NCBI GenBank assembly: GCA_951804945.1
Contig: OX638155.1
Coordinates: forward strand, 75,144,001-75,208,000
From: Podarcis cretensis
Taxonomy: Eukaryota
Direction of reading: 5' to 3'
DNA: 64,000 bases
This document shows, one piece after another, positions 24,864 to 38,332 of this stretch. Both the position numbers and the translations under genes were made by a program. The notes beneath the pieces were generated by a model, which saw only the letters and a program-made list of their open reading frames with translations, was not told where the DNA came from and did not search any database. Within the stretch, counting starts at the first letter, position 1; each line of letters opens with the position of its first letter.

Positions 24864-27755
24864 GGACAAATGTGGGAAACTTCTGTCATGGCAATTGAAA
24901 AAAAGGCAGAAAATGAACACTGTAACCAGTCTAGAAATGGATGGAAAAATTATCCACAAACCTAATGAGATAAACAATTGCTTTCAAAGCTTTTTTAAGA
25001 AATTGTATGCACAAGGGCCAATTAATGAACAAGAAATAGAGGAATTCATCAGAAAATACGGCTTACCAAAAATTCCAGAACAAAGTAAAAGGACTCTAAA
25101 TGAGGAAATAACAGAACAAGAAATAGAGGGTGCCATCCAAAATATGAAATTGGGAAAATCACCAGGACCAGACGGCCTGACGGCTAAATACTACAAAATG
25201 CTGAAAGAATGCTTGATACAACCATTGAAGGAAGTTTGCAATGAAATTCTGAAGGGGAAAAAGGCACCTGAATCGTGGAAAGAGGCTTTCATCTCACTTA
25301 TACCGAAGACAGAAACTGAGAAGAAACAGGTTAGAAACTACCGCCCTATATCTTTACTCAATGTGGATTACAAAATTTTTGCAGACATTTTGGCAAAAAG
25401 ATTGAAAAGAGTGTTGATAGACGAGATTCATAAGGACCAAACAGGCTTTCTCCCAGGGAGATATATGTCAGACAATGTGAGGAATATTATAGACATTTTG
25501 GAGTTGTTAGATGTTGACATTAACAGGAAAGCAGTTCTGATTTTTGTAGACACGGAGAAAGCCTTTGACAATATCTGTTGGACTTTTATGAAAAAGAATC
25601 TCCAAGGGATGGGGGTAGGTCAAGGTTTTGAAAACGGTATAGGTGCAATATATTCCCAACAAAAGGCCAAGTTAATTGTAAACAATGTGGTAACAGAAGA
25701 AATACCCATAGAAAAAGGTACACGGCAGGGATGCCCAATATCCCCTTTGCTTTTTATATCAGTCCTGGAGGTTTTGTTAAACATGATTAGAAAGGACCAG
25801 TTGGTTAAAGGAGTTCAGGTCGGAGTTAGACATTACAAGTTAAGAGCATTTGCAGATGATCTAGTATTGACCTTGCAACAGCCAGACACTAGTACTAAAA
25901 GAGTATTAGAACTAATTGAAATATTTGGTCGAGTAGCAGGTTTTAAATTGAACAAACAAAAAACGAAAGTGTTGGGAAAAAATTTAACAATGGAAGAAAG
26001 AGAGAGTTTTCAGAATGAAACAGGCCTGGAAATAACAAAAAGGGTAAAATACCTGGGGTTAAACTTAACAACCAAGAATGTGAACCTATTTAAGGATAAT
26101 TATGAAAAAAGTTGGGCAGAGGTAAAGAAGGATCTGGAAACATGGTCAAGGTCGAAACTTTCCTTGTTAGGCCGAATTGCTACTATTAAGATGAATGTAT
26201 TGCCTAGAATGCTGTTTTTATTCCAGACGTTGCAGATTTTGGACAAGATGGACTGTTTCAAGAAGTGGCAGAAAGATATATCAAAATTTGTCTGGCAGGG
26301 CAAAAAGCCCAGAATTAAATTCAAGATCTTAACTGATGCAAAGGATAGAGGGGGGTTTGCCCTGCCGGACTTAAGACTTTATTATGAATCGGCAGCTTTC
26401 TGCTGGTTGAAACACTGGCTACTTCTTGAGAACACTGACATTTTGGACCTGGAAGGGTACGACAATAACTTTGGTTGGCATGCATACTTATGGTATGACA
26501 AGGTAAAGGTGTATAAAAGTTTTAAAAACCATATTGTAAGGAAAGCATTGTATAATGTTTGGATTAGATATAAAGATCTGCTGGAAAGTAAAACCCCCAG
26601 GTGGGTGTCACCAATGGAAGCCAGGGAAGTTAAAAAGCTTAATATGGACTCTAAATGGCCAAAATATCATGAGATTTTAGAATATGATGGTGAAAGGGTG
26701 AAATTTCAGAGTTATGAGAAACTAAAGCCTAAGGTTCGAGATTGGTTGCATTACCATCAGATAAATGAGACATTTAAACAGGACAGGAAAATAGGATTTC
26801 AGAAAGAGAAGTCAAAATTAGAAACAGAACTGTTGGAATCCAATACTAAGAACTTATCAAAAATGTATAACTTGCTGTTGAAATGGAATACACAGGATGA
26901 AACGGTGAAATCAGCAATGATAAAATGGGCACAAGATATTGGTCATGATATTATGTTTGCTGACTGGGAACAGTTATGGACCACCGGTATTAAATTTACT
27001 GCATGTAATGCTTTAAAAGAAAATATTATGAAAATGATCTATCGGTGGTACATGACCCCAGTCAAGCTTGCAAAAATTTACCATTTGCCTAATAATAAGT
27101 GTTGGAAATGTAATGAGACTGAAGGCACTTTCTACCACCTTTGGTGGACCTGCCCAAAGGTTAAAGCTTTCTGGGAAATGATCTATAATGAAATTAAGAA
27201 GGTCCTTAAGTGGACTTTTCCTAAGAAACCAGAGGCTTTCCTCTTGGGCATGGTTGGCCAAGTGGTGTTAAGGAAGGATAGGATTTTCTTTATGTACGCC
27301 ACTACAGCAGCAAGAATTCTACTGGCAAAGTATTGGAAGACGCAAGAACTACCTACTCTGGAAGAATGGCAAACAAAGGTGATTGACTTTATGGGACTGG
27401 CCGAGATGACGGGCAGAATCCGTGACCAGGGGAAAGAGACAGTGGAAGAGGACTGGAAGAAATTTAAAATATATCTTAAAAATAATTGTAAAATTGAGGA
27501 ATGTTAAGATGTCAGGGGGTAAGAGGTAAAGAATTGCAGCAGTAATCACAAAACTAAAGGAATCTTTATGAAAGGGAATTAAGATAATGGACCTAAGGGT
27601 TGCTAAAGAACCATTAAACAAGGATGCAGGGATGGGGAGGTATGGGGAAGTCAAAAGAAAGAAGGGTATGAAATGATGAGTTGGAAATTATATTGTTTTG
27701 TATTGTTTTTGTTATCTGTTTGAAAAACGAATAAAAATCATTTAAAAAAAAAAAA
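24864..27755 (+). mobile_element. 5'-truncated L1-clade LINE (ORF2 fragment, 3' UTR, poly(A))
   Basis: TSD AGGAAATTTG at 24854-24863 and 27756-27765. AATAAA at 27730 followed by an A-tail. ORF2 frame open from the 5' junction. Confidence 0.93.
24865..27507 (+). CDS. L1 ORF2 C-terminal ~880 codons: reverse transcriptase plus CCHC zinc knuckle, no endonuclease domain
   Basis: Motifs KSPGPDG, NYRPISLLNVDYKI, KAFD, GTRQGCPISPLLF, FADD, KYLG and CWKC..HLWWTC. The frame extends upstream of the ORF call (DKCGKLLSWQLKKR). No native start codon, so probably untranslated. Confidence 0.85.
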   Translation, partial: DKCGKLLSWQLKKRQKMNTVTSLEMDGKIIHKPNEINNCFQSFFKKLYAQGPINEQEIEEFIRKYGLPKIPEQSKRTLNEEITEQEIEGAIQNMKLGKSPGPDGLTAKYYKMLKECLIQPLKEVCNEILKGKKAPESWKEAFISLIPKTETEKKQVRNYRPISLLNVDYKIFADILAKRLKRVLIDEIHKDQTGFLPGRYMSDNVRNIIDILELLDVDINRKAVLIFVDTEKAFDNICWTFMKKNLQGMGVGQGFENGIGAIYSQQKAKLIVNNVVTEEIPIEKGTRQGCPISPLLFISVLEVLLNMIRKDQLVKGVQVGVRHYKLRAFADDLVLTLQQPDTSTKRVLELIEIFGRVAGFKLNKQKTKVLGKNLTMEERESFQNETGLEITKRVKYLGLNLTTKNVNLFKDNYEKSWAEVKKDLETWSRSKLSLLGRIATIKMNVLPRMLFLFQTLQILDKMDCFKKWQKDISKFVWQGKKPRIKFKILTDAKDRGGFALPDLRLYYESAAFCWLKHWLLLENTDILDLEGYDNNFGWHAYLWYDKVKVYKSFKNHIVRKALYNVWIRYKDLLESKTPRWVSPMEAREVKKLNMDSKWPKYHEILEYDGERVKFQSYEKLKPKVRDWLHYHQINETFKQDRKIGFQKEKSKLETELLESNTKNLSKMYNLLLKWNTQDETVKSAMIKWAQDIGHDIMFADWEQLWTTGIKFTACNALKENIMKMIYRWYMTPVKLAKIYHLPNNKCWKCNETEGTFYHLWWTCPKVKAFWEMIYNEIKKVLKWTFPKKPEAFLLGMVGQVVLRKDRIFFMYATTAARILLAKYWKTQELPTLEEWQTKVIDFMGLAEMTGRIRDQGKETVEEDWKKFKIYLKNNCKIEEC

Positions 27756-27877
27756 AGGAAATTTGCCATAGACAGAAGAGGCACGTGGGAGGGACTGCAT
27801 TGTATACCATCGTCCACATACTCTGATTCTTCTGGCACCAAGGCAAAGAAATTAATAAGGTAATGTAAAGTTATTGT

Positions 27878-30800
27878 CCCCTTCATGGATCACTGCCTTG
27901 CCGTGGCGAAGGGGCTTGAATAACTCAGAGAAGCTATGAACTATGCCGAGCAGGGCACCCAAGATGAACAGGTCATAGTGGAGAGTTTTGACCAAACGTG
28001 ATCCACCTGGAGGAGGAACCGGCAAGCCACTCCAGTATCCCTGCCAAGAAAACTCCATGGACAAAGACAACAGGCATATAAAAGTTATGACACTGGAAGA
28101 TGAGCCCCTCAGGTCGGAAGGTGTCCAACATGCTACTGGGGAAGAGCGGAGGACAAGTACAAGTAGATCCAGAGCTGATGAAGCGGCTGGGCCAAAGCCG
28201 AAAGCGAAAGGAAAGTCCAATGCTGTAAAGAAAAATATTGCATAGGAACCTGGAATGTAAGAACCATGAACCTGGGTAAGTTGGATGTGGTCAAAAATGA
28301 GATGGCAAGAATAAATATTGACATCCTGGGCATCAGTGAACTAAAATGGACGGGAATGGGCGAATTCAGTTTGGATGACCATCATATCTACTACTGTGGG
28401 CAAGAAACCCGTAAAAGAAATGGAGTGGCCCTCATAGTCAACAAAAGAGTGGGGAAAGCTGTACTGGGATGCAATCCCAAAAATGATAGAATGATCTCGA
28501 TACGAATCCAAGGCAGACCTTTTAACATCACAGTAATCCAAGTTTATGCACCAACTACTGCTGCTGAAGAAACTGAAATTGACAAATTCTATGAAGACTT
28601 ACAAGACCTTATAGAAGTGACACCAAAGAAGGATGTTCTTCTCATTATAGGGCATTGGAATGCTAAAGTAGGGAATAAAGAGATAAAAGGAACAACTGGC
28701 AAGTTTGGCCTTGGAGATCAAAACGAAGCAGGGCAAAGGCTAATAGAGTTCTGTCAAGAGAACAAACTGGTCATCACAAACACGCTTTTCCAACAACACA
28801 AGAGACGACTCTACACGTGGACATCACCAGATGGGCAGCATCGAAATCAGATTGATTATATTCTCTGCAGCCAAAGATGGAGAAGCTCTATACAGTCAGC
28901 AAAAACAAGACCTGGAGCTGACTGTGGCTCAGATCATCAGCTTCTTATAGCAAAATTCAAGCTTAAACTGAAGAAAGTAGGAAAAACCACTGGGCCGGTA
29001 AGATACAATCTGAATCAAATCCCTTATGAATACACAGTGGAAGTGAGGAACAGGTTTAAGGATTTAGATTTGTTGGACAGAGTGCCTGAAGAACTATGGG
29101 TGGAGGCTCGCAACATTATACAGGAGGCAGCAACGAAAACCATCCCAATGAAAAGGAAATGCAAGAAAGCAAAGTGGCTGTCCAACGAGGCCTCACAAAT
29201 AGCAGGGGAGAGAAGGCAAGCAAAATGCGAGGGAGATAGTGAAAGATACAGGAAATTATATGCAGATTTCCAAAAAATAGCAAGGAGAGACAAGAAGGCC
29301 TTCTTAAACGAGCAATGCAAAGAAATAGAGGAAAACAACAGAATGGGAAGAACCAGAGATCTGTTCAAGAAAATTGGAGATATGAAAGGAACATTTCGTA
29401 CAAAGATTACCATAATAAAGGACAAAAGTGGTAAGGACCTAACAGAAGCAGAAGACATCAAGAAGAGGTGGCAAGAATACACAGAGGAATTATACCAGAA
29501 AGATATGGATGGCTCGTATACCCCAGGTAGTGTGGTTGCTGACCTTGAGCCAGACATCCTGGAGAGTGAAGTCAAATGGGCCTTAGAAAGCACTGCAAAT
29601 AACAAGGCCAGTGGAAGTGATGGTATTCCAGCTGAACTATTTAAAATTTTAAAAGATGATGCTGTTATGGTGCTACACTCAATATGCCAGCAAATTTGGA
29701 AAACTCAGCAGTGGCCAGAGGATTGGAGAAGATCAGTCTACATCCCAATCCCAAAGAAGGGCAGTGCCAAAGAATGCTCCAACTACCGCACAATTGCACT
29801 CATTTCACACGCTAGCAAGGTTATGCTTAAAATTCTACAAGGAAGGCTCAAGCAGTATGTGGACCGAGAACTCCCAGAAGTGCAAGCTGGATTTCGAAGG
29901 GGCAGAGGAACCAGAGACCAAATTGCAAACATGCGCTGGATTATGGAGAAAGCTAGAGAGTTCCAGAAAGACATCTACTTCTGCTTCATTGACTATGCAA
30001 AAGCCTTTGACTGTGTCGACCACAGCAAACTATGGCAAGTTCTTAAAGAAATGGGAGTGCCTGATCACCTCATCTGTCTCCTAAGAAATCTCTATGTGGG
30101 ACAAGAAGCTACAGTTAGAACTGGATATGGAACAACTGACTGGTTCAAAATTGGGAAAGGAGTACGGCAAGGCTGCATATTGTCTCCCTGCTTATTTAAC
30201 TTATATGCAGAATTCATCATGCGAAAGGCAGGGCTGGATGAATCCCTAGCCGGAATTAAGATTGCCAGAAGAAATATCAACAACCTCAGATATGCAGATG
30301 ACACAACCTTGATGGCAGAAAGTGAGGAGGAATTAAAGAACCTTTTAATGAGGGTGAAAGAGGAGAGCGCAAAATATGGTCTGAAGCTCAACATCAGAAA
30401 AAACGAAGATCATGGCCACTGGTCCCATCACCTCCTGGCAAATAGAAGGGGAAGAAATGGAGGCAGTGAGAGATTTTACTTTCTTGGGCTCCATGATCAC
30501 TGCAGATGGTGACAGCAGTCACAAAATTGAAAGACGCCTGCTCCTTGGGAGAAAGGCGATGGCAAACCTAGACAGCGTCTTAAAAAGCAGAGACATCACC
30601 TTGCCAACAAAGGTCCGTATAGTTAAAGCCATGGTTTTCCCAGTAGTGATATATGGAAGTGAGAGCTGGACCATCAAGAAGGCTGATCGCCAAAGAATTG
30701 ATGCTTTTGAATTATGGTGCTGGAGGAGACTCTTGAGAGTCCCATGGATTGCAAGAAAATCAAACCTCTCCATTCTGAAGGAAATCAGCCCTGAGTGCTC

Positions 30801-31073
30801 ACTGGAAGGACAGATCGTGAAGCTGAGGCTTCAATACTTTGGCCACCTCATGAGAAGAGAAGACTCCCTGGAAAAGACCCTGATGTTGGGAAAGATGGAG
30901 GGCACAAGGAGAAGGGGACGACAGAGGACAAGATGGTTGGACAGTGTTCTCGAAGCTACAAACATGAGTTTGACCAAACTGCGGGAGGCAGTGGAAGACA
31001 GGAGTGCCTGGCGTACTCTGGTCCATGGGGTCACGAAGAGTCGGACACGACTAAACGACTAAACAACAACAAC
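27878..31073 (+). mobile_element. Near full-length Bov-B (RTE clade) LINE, ~3.2 kb
   Basis: TSD AAAGTTATTGT at 27867-27877 and 31074-31084. (CAA)n tail after ...GGGGTCACGAAGAGTCGGACACGACT. AP endonuclease plus RT ORF with Bov-B-like sequence. Confidence 0.95.
28057..31062 (+). pseudogene. Bov-B endonuclease/RT ORF broken by two frameshifts (~28205 and ~30400)
   Basis: Pieces are ORFs 27988..28245, 28266..30512 and 30412..31062. Motifs GTWNVRT, ILGISE, VYAPT, SDHQLL, GVRQGCILSP and YADD. The start position is inferred. Confidence 0.85.
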
Positions 31074-31597
31074 AAAGTTATTGTTGCATTGGAGTCTAGT
31101 CCAAGGAGAAACAATGTGAGAAAAGTAACCATCACCACACAAAAATGGCCACAATGTAGACTATGCAAAATGTACAAATAAATACATATTAATATATCAA
31201 CTGACTACTGAGTAAAAAGTATGGTTAGATTTGTTTTTTTTTTATGTGGGTGCATAGGAGACTAGATTTGGGAAACAAAGAATTCAGAAAGCAAAGGTCC
31301 ATGAGCTGAGTTTTGTTCACTGAATGGAATATTTAGTATATATTTATATGAGTTATATACCAGCTAATAACCAAGACTCTCTGGGCTGTTTACAGTTAAA
31401 AAAAATACAAAAGAAGAAAAATACAAATATGAAGTCTGAAACAGAATAAACCTAGCAATCACTGAAAACTGAAACAAAAATAATTACAGGGGACATCATT
31501 AATGGATAGACTTTTTAAAAAGCAGTAAAGTATTTTAAAATGGAAAAGCCTGGAAAATTCTTTAAAAAGTCTTGACCCAGTACCAAAACACCCACAA

Positions 31598-32123
31598 TGT
31601 CAGACTGTCAGTTTGCATTTCTTAGTACAGAATGTATTGATCTGATGTGTAGAGATCTTTCCTATTCTACTTAATTCAAGTGGGTTCTGGAAGCTTCTCT
31701 GTGTGAAAGAAACAAGCAGAAGGTTCATGATGTTTGGGTTATTCCTTCAGAGAAGTTGAGCACAGCTGGTTTAAACTAGTTCTGTTATCTCTTTCAGTCA
31801 AGGTCATGTTGACTAAAATAGTAGGACCAGAAAGAGCCTGACCTTCACACTTTCTCTTTCTATCTCTTTTCTGTCTGGTGTAGTGTTCTGTACATAGTAT
31901 GGTTAGTTTAAGGTTTCGACTTCTTATAAGTTATTGTAAGTTTAAGTTAAGTCTGCTGCAACTGGATTTCTTATGGACAGTGCCAATCCTGAATGTATTG
32001 GATTTGTGACCATTATGCTCATTTGCCTTCAGTAGCAGTAAAGCTCTCCTGGATAAAATACAATTGCATCTGGTCTATTTGGGGGGGGGATCCTGAAACG
32101 TGTTTACGTTGCTACTCTGCTAA
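31598..32123 (+). mobile_element. Possible old solo LTR
   Basis: Starts TGTCAG, has a T-rich U3-like body and AGTAAA at ~32037, and ends ...CTGCTAAC. No TSD confirmed. Confidence 0.3.
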
Positions 32124-32163
32124 CTATACATTGGAATCTACTCTGGATCAATATTGAATAGAC

Positions 32164-32409
32164 CAGGGGTAGGCAACCTAAGGCCCGGGGGCCAGATGCG
32201 GCCCAATCGCCTACTCAATTTGGCCCATGGGCAGTCCAGGAATCAGCGTTTTTTTACATGAGTAGAATGTATGCTTTTATTTAAAATGCTCTGGGCTATT
32301 TGTGGGGCATAGGAATTTGTTCATTTTTTTTCCAAAATATAGTCTGGCCCACCACATGGTCTGAGGGATGGTGGACCGGCCCACGGCTGAAAAAGTTTGC
32401 TGACCCCTG
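32164..32409 (-). mobile_element. hAT-Charlie MITE resembling OposCharlie1 (OC1) non-autonomous elements
   Basis: CAGGGGT...ACCCCTG termini; TSD GAATAGAC/GAGTAGAC. The OC1 resemblance is from memory. Confidence 0.8.
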
Positions 32410-34134
32410 GAGTAGACTTTCCATGACACAGACAAGCCTATCTGGGGTGGGGTGTGTGTGGGGATTGCAATAAAAAGGATGCCACCACTGAAAAGGTCCC
32501 CTCCCTAACAGCCACTTGCTGCACCACATTTGACAAAGTGAGTTCTCTGGTCTCACATCATCCTACAGCTCCCTGCATATACACACACAGATCTGCTCTG
32601 GAGCATGGGAGCATGGGAAGTAGTGTAAACCGCTGATGAGAAAGGTCTAACGGGCAAAAAAAAAAAGTTGCCTTGCCCAACTCAATTTGTGTAGGCTCCA
32701 TAGGATTCAAGTTCTTCTGTGAACAGGAGGACACTGCTGAAATCAAGCCAGTGTATTTAAAGAAATATAAATTATTCTGGGTCAGTGTATGTGTGCACTG
32801 TTGGCTCCCTGCAAATTCAGCACAGAAATAAAGGTCATTATATAATCATATCATGTGTCTTCAACCAGGAGCACTGTTGCTTAGGATAAACCAATGTCAC
32901 ACTGTTCCTCATCGTGATCTAGTCACAGTACCATTCGTACATATATACTCCATTAACTAACATATAGACTGATACACCTTGTATTCTGCACTTTCTCTCC
33001 CTTTCATGAAAGCTGTGAATATAAATACAACTGAGTATGCAATCCTGCATAATGCTTAATGCTTACTTATACAAAAGAGGACTCACAACTAGACAAAACT
33101 ACAAAGGACCAGTCTGTTACTCTTCTTAAAAAAAAACATTTCAAATTTCAGAAGATTTTGCTGTATTTTTCAGAAGTAAACAGATTCAAAACATGTATAG
33201 ATGCAAACTTCAATGAAACTTGAGAACAAAGATGGCCTACTGAAAATTAATTTATAAAGTGCCCTGGGAAGAGAAGAACTGTGTCTTAATTTGAGTCTAC
33301 ATTTAGAATCAGATAAACCTGGCAAAACGTGGGAAGCAAAAAGGAGGAGAATTACTAGCGGCAAACAAGCAGTTTTAAATTACAAGCTGCTATGACATAC
33401 GTCACAGCTAATTTAACTTTAATGCTCTTCAATTACACTTTGACAACTTATTAGTGACAGTACTTGCCACCAGTGTCACTTCTGCAAAGGAGTAAACCTA
33501 TATTATAATTAATTGCTTACGCTCAGTTAAAAAACAAACAAAAAAACCACCACTCAACAGTCATATATTCTTTCAGAAAGGCCAATATAGGCAGACAACT
33601 ACCCGGTTTGCCATATTTACAAGGCGCTGAAACCTTAAAATACCAGCTTCATCAGGGACAGATGAAATATCATAACTCTGGAGCGGAAATAACACCCCAA
33701 ACACTAAGCACTTAATAATCTTGCAGCAACTCTGTTTTGTACAATAATCACATTACAGAGAAACAGAGAAGAGCAAATTAAAATAATCAGGAAATATTCA
33801 TTATATGCTTCACCCATAAACTTCATAAACTTATTCCTCTACAGAAAGATCTGGTTCAAGAGTGATGTGAGGCAAGATCCTTGAGCAAACCTCTCCTTTC
33901 AAAGCACAAAAAAGCAAAATGTGCAATCAGTTATTGGGTCGTAACACTGACAGAGTAGAAGAACAGGTTAAAAAATATTGGTCCAAGTATTTCTTTCCCC
34001 ATACTTATGGAACTGTTTTTTGCATCTGACTAGTAACATTTGTGAAAAAAAGCATCTAAATTCTTTTTTAAAAAAACAACCATGTACCATAGAAATGGTT
34101 TGCATCCAAATGTTTATTGTGAATTACAATGCTA

Positions 34135-34488
<354 letters not shown>

Positions 34489-35683
34489 TTAGAAAAAGAT
34501 ATATCAGAAGCTAGTTTAAACAGGCAGTTCCAAATCTACATACCAATCTCATCCTTAAATTTCTGTTATCTGCTCATTTTCTCACTGGAAGAACAAATGA
34601 CCTTGATCATGAAAACAACAAAAAGTCCAGAAGGTTATGCGCTCACCGAGCCACACGGTTATTCCAAAGCGATTGAAGCTATAAAGGACAGTTTTCCCAT
34701 AGCAGATCAATGCTACAGAAGCCTTTGCACTGAATGAGACCCATTCACAACTTCTGCTCATGTCTTGCTTAGCAAGTAATTCTTTAAAATGCCAAGATAA
34801 ACTTTACTTGGGAAGAGACGCAACAAGGCAATTTTTCCTTTTGATAATTCTGATGGATGCACATTAGGATGGCTGTTCCCCCAACCCACCCTGGTACACA
34901 AGCCACACTATTTCTCCCGCATTGGAATACATTTTCAGGCACAAACCCCTTTCCACAGAAGGACAACTGTAGCAAATTCATTATTTTATGTTCTACTATT
35001 TTTTCGATTTGTGAGAATATCTCCCAACAGCAGACCCAAGAGGGAAATGGAGCAGTTATATTATACTGAAATCACAGTAGGTCTCATGAGTTATCCATGT
35101 CCAGCAGGCCTTAATCATTTGGTACTACTTATTTTCCCCTTTAGAGAACTGTTCAAATGAACAATTCCACACTGAGCACATTAACAGTCAAAAGCTCAAT
35201 GTTGCCATGATAATTTGTAGCTTACAAATAAGTATAGGAAATGAAGTAGGACCAAAATAGTTTTCAGCTTTCCTTGTTGGCTCAGACAATATTTCATACA
35301 TAATACTGCTATTTTACTAACCCTAATGTAATTTATAATCATAGTTGAGTGATAATCTTGTGTTTATGTGTATTTTCTTACACACACACACAAATACAAA
35401 CTATACACTATACAATATATTACATAAATGGTGAATTTAGCTCTGCGTAATATTAATACTTGACAGCCAAAATATCTCTCTCTATGATTATGTATGTATT
35501 AAAAGATATTCATGTATAATTCATGGTGTGGGGGAAGGATCTGTAAATAATTTAAATGCCCTTGATTGCAATTCAGCCACTACTATCTTCGTGAAATGTA
35601 ACAGGCTTCTAAAAATTCCTATAAAATAGAGCATAAGAAAGATAAAATGCAAATATAAAGTATGCTTCTTTTGTGTGAAATTA

Positions 35684-36082
<399 letters not shown>

Positions 36083-37607
36083 CTAAGAAGCAAATTAAAT
36101 AGTCAATAGTCATTCCTCCAAGACTAAAAGGGTGGTGGGAAGACTGTGAGGATATAAACTGAAAACTGATATATAAACTAAGAATTGCTAATGAAATTTC
36201 TCTCATTTCTAAATGGTACACCATCAAATATGTGAGAAATAAGTTTCAGTCTTTTATACAAAAAGTAAGATTTAGGCACTCCCAATTCCCAGTATATTTT
36301 TATATACACAATTTTCAAACAATTGTTCATATGGAAAGTACTGTTACATTAATTGAAGCATATTAAATCTATACATAGATAGATATCGGTTTGATTTGGT
36401 CAGGGTCAATTTCAAAAATCTCAGTTTTTCGGTTCAAACGAAGTGCTAACACTGACTTCAAAATACGGTGTCAGGTTTCTCAAGACAAACCACATCACTA
36501 TAGACTGTATCTGTCATGGGCTGTCTTTTCCCCCAAGCACATTCGATGAGTGAGTATGACTAGGCTATTAATAGTGATCTAAGAAAATATAAATTACCCT
36601 TGGCCAAAATATTGTTTAAAATATATTGCACTGTGACTTATTTATTACCCAGTTACTATTATGCACCATTGCTATACAACAGCCTTTGTAAACCTGGTGC
36701 TGTCCAAATGTTTTTGGACTGCAACTTCCATCAACCCAGATGGGAATTATACTCCGAAATATTTGGGGAGCACAGCGTTGTCAAAGGATGGCATAGAATA
36801 TATGTCCAATGCATGACACCCCAATGTTTACTTCCTTGCAACAAACCAATGTCTTTTGTTTGAGTGAGACTTGTTGAAGGATATTTAGTCAGCTTCATGT
36901 CTGAACAAAGAATTTAATCCCCTCCACCAAAAAAAGGTCACTGAAACACTAAAACCAAGTCCACATGATCATGTAAAGTTTATCAGATGAAAAAATGGTT
37001 ACCAGGTATTGCTGCAGAATAAAGTTCTGTCTGTAAGTATGCATTAATATGGCCTGATAATAACCCAAATGGTTGTGATCCAATTTATGTTTAGAACAAC
37101 AAAAACTAAATATATTCAGGGACCAGGGAGATTTCAAATAGTCACATTTCAAGCAGACAATGGGTTAAGCACCTTATCTGCCCTACAAAATCTCCTGGCA
37201 ATTCTCTACTCCTAATATTCTCCTCCCAAAGCTGTTTTATCTTTAAATAAATTAATAAATAAATAAACCAAACAGCATCAGGAGCCTTTTGCATGCATTT
37301 GCATTTTAAACTTGTAGTTTGTGAGCCCCCTAAGCGTCTAAACTTCAATAATCGTTTGAAGCAGAAACCTTTGAATCAAAACAGTTTGAGATCTCACATT
37401 TTTCTCTTTCACTCCTCGTGATCTTCTTAAATCAAAGAACATTAAGTATTAGGAAATCTCTTCACATTACGCCATAAAGAAAAAAGTTGTCAACTTTTCT
37501 TTTTTCCCCTCTGATAGAACCAGCTCCCTTTGAAACATTGGGAAATTGCCCCGCAGTAGGTCAGAGAATGACTGATGTCTAATGTAACTCTCTTTCAAAT
37601 TATTTAT

Positions 37608-38230
37608 ATGGAAAGCTGCCTTATACTGAGCTGGACCACTGGCCCCAGGGCCAGACGAAGGGGGGTGCGGTGGGGGCGGATGGCCCCAGGTGTCTTTGCT
37701 GAGGGGGGTGACATTTGGCTCGCCACCCGCCCGCAACCCCCAAGCCTACCCCGAGCCATCAGGGGAAGGGGGGAGCTGCGCCGCTTTGCCGGCGGCATTA
37801 CCCCCTTCCCTCTTCGTTTTGACAGCTGGGGGAGGCTTGGGAGTCACGGGAGGGCAGCACACTGAATGTCTGCTATCAGTGGCTCGCTCCTCCCCCATGG
37901 GCGGCTCGCTCCACCTCCAACTGCAGGGTGCATGCACCGCTCCATGCACCCGAGCAGCTATCCCAACACCTTGGAGGGCACCCTCTGTGCCCTGCCCCCC
38001 TTGGGAGCATGCCCCACTCCCTTTGGGAGCATGTCCGTCCTGGGCAGCATGGGCATATGCCCCGCCACTGATTGGCCCATCTAGTTCACTACTGTCTACA
38101 CTGACTGACAGCAAGTATCCAGGTATTTCAGGCAGGAGGCTATCTGAACCCTACCTGGAGATTCTGAGGAATGAACCTGGGACCTTCAACATGCAGAGCT
38201 GATGCCCTACCACTGAGTCAAGGCTCCTCC
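37608..38230 (-). mobile_element. tRNA-derived squamate SINE interrupted by the MITE above
   Basis: Head ...GAACCTGGGACCTTC..CATGCAGAGC.GATGCCCTACCACTGAG and tail AAGCTGCCTTATACTGAG. Relatives lie at ~18030-18190 (+) and, split, at 55321-55400 / 56680-56740 (-). Confidence 0.7.
37646..38070. mobile_element. GC-rich hAT-like MITE nested in a SINE
   Basis: CAG...CTG ends with imperfect inverted repeats; TSD ACTGGCCC/ATTGGCCC. The host SINE reads through when the insert is removed. Confidence 0.75.
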
Positions 38231-38332
38231 TGGGTTTAAGTAGCAGCGAAAGACCACAACTTTATTTTATGGCTAAAGTAATTTGAAAAACACACTTTTA
38301 TGAAAAAGCGTGTTCTCCTTCAGGGAGAGCAT

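Noticed and set aside
29024-31034. Antisense and alternate-frame ORFs over Bov-B (and 26100-27654 over L1)
   Set aside because: Shadow ORFs of the LINE coding sequence.
32634-32670. CTGATGAG, possible hammerhead ribozyme core (also at ~6640)
   Set aside because: No stem II followed by GAAA and no closing stems I/III could be built.
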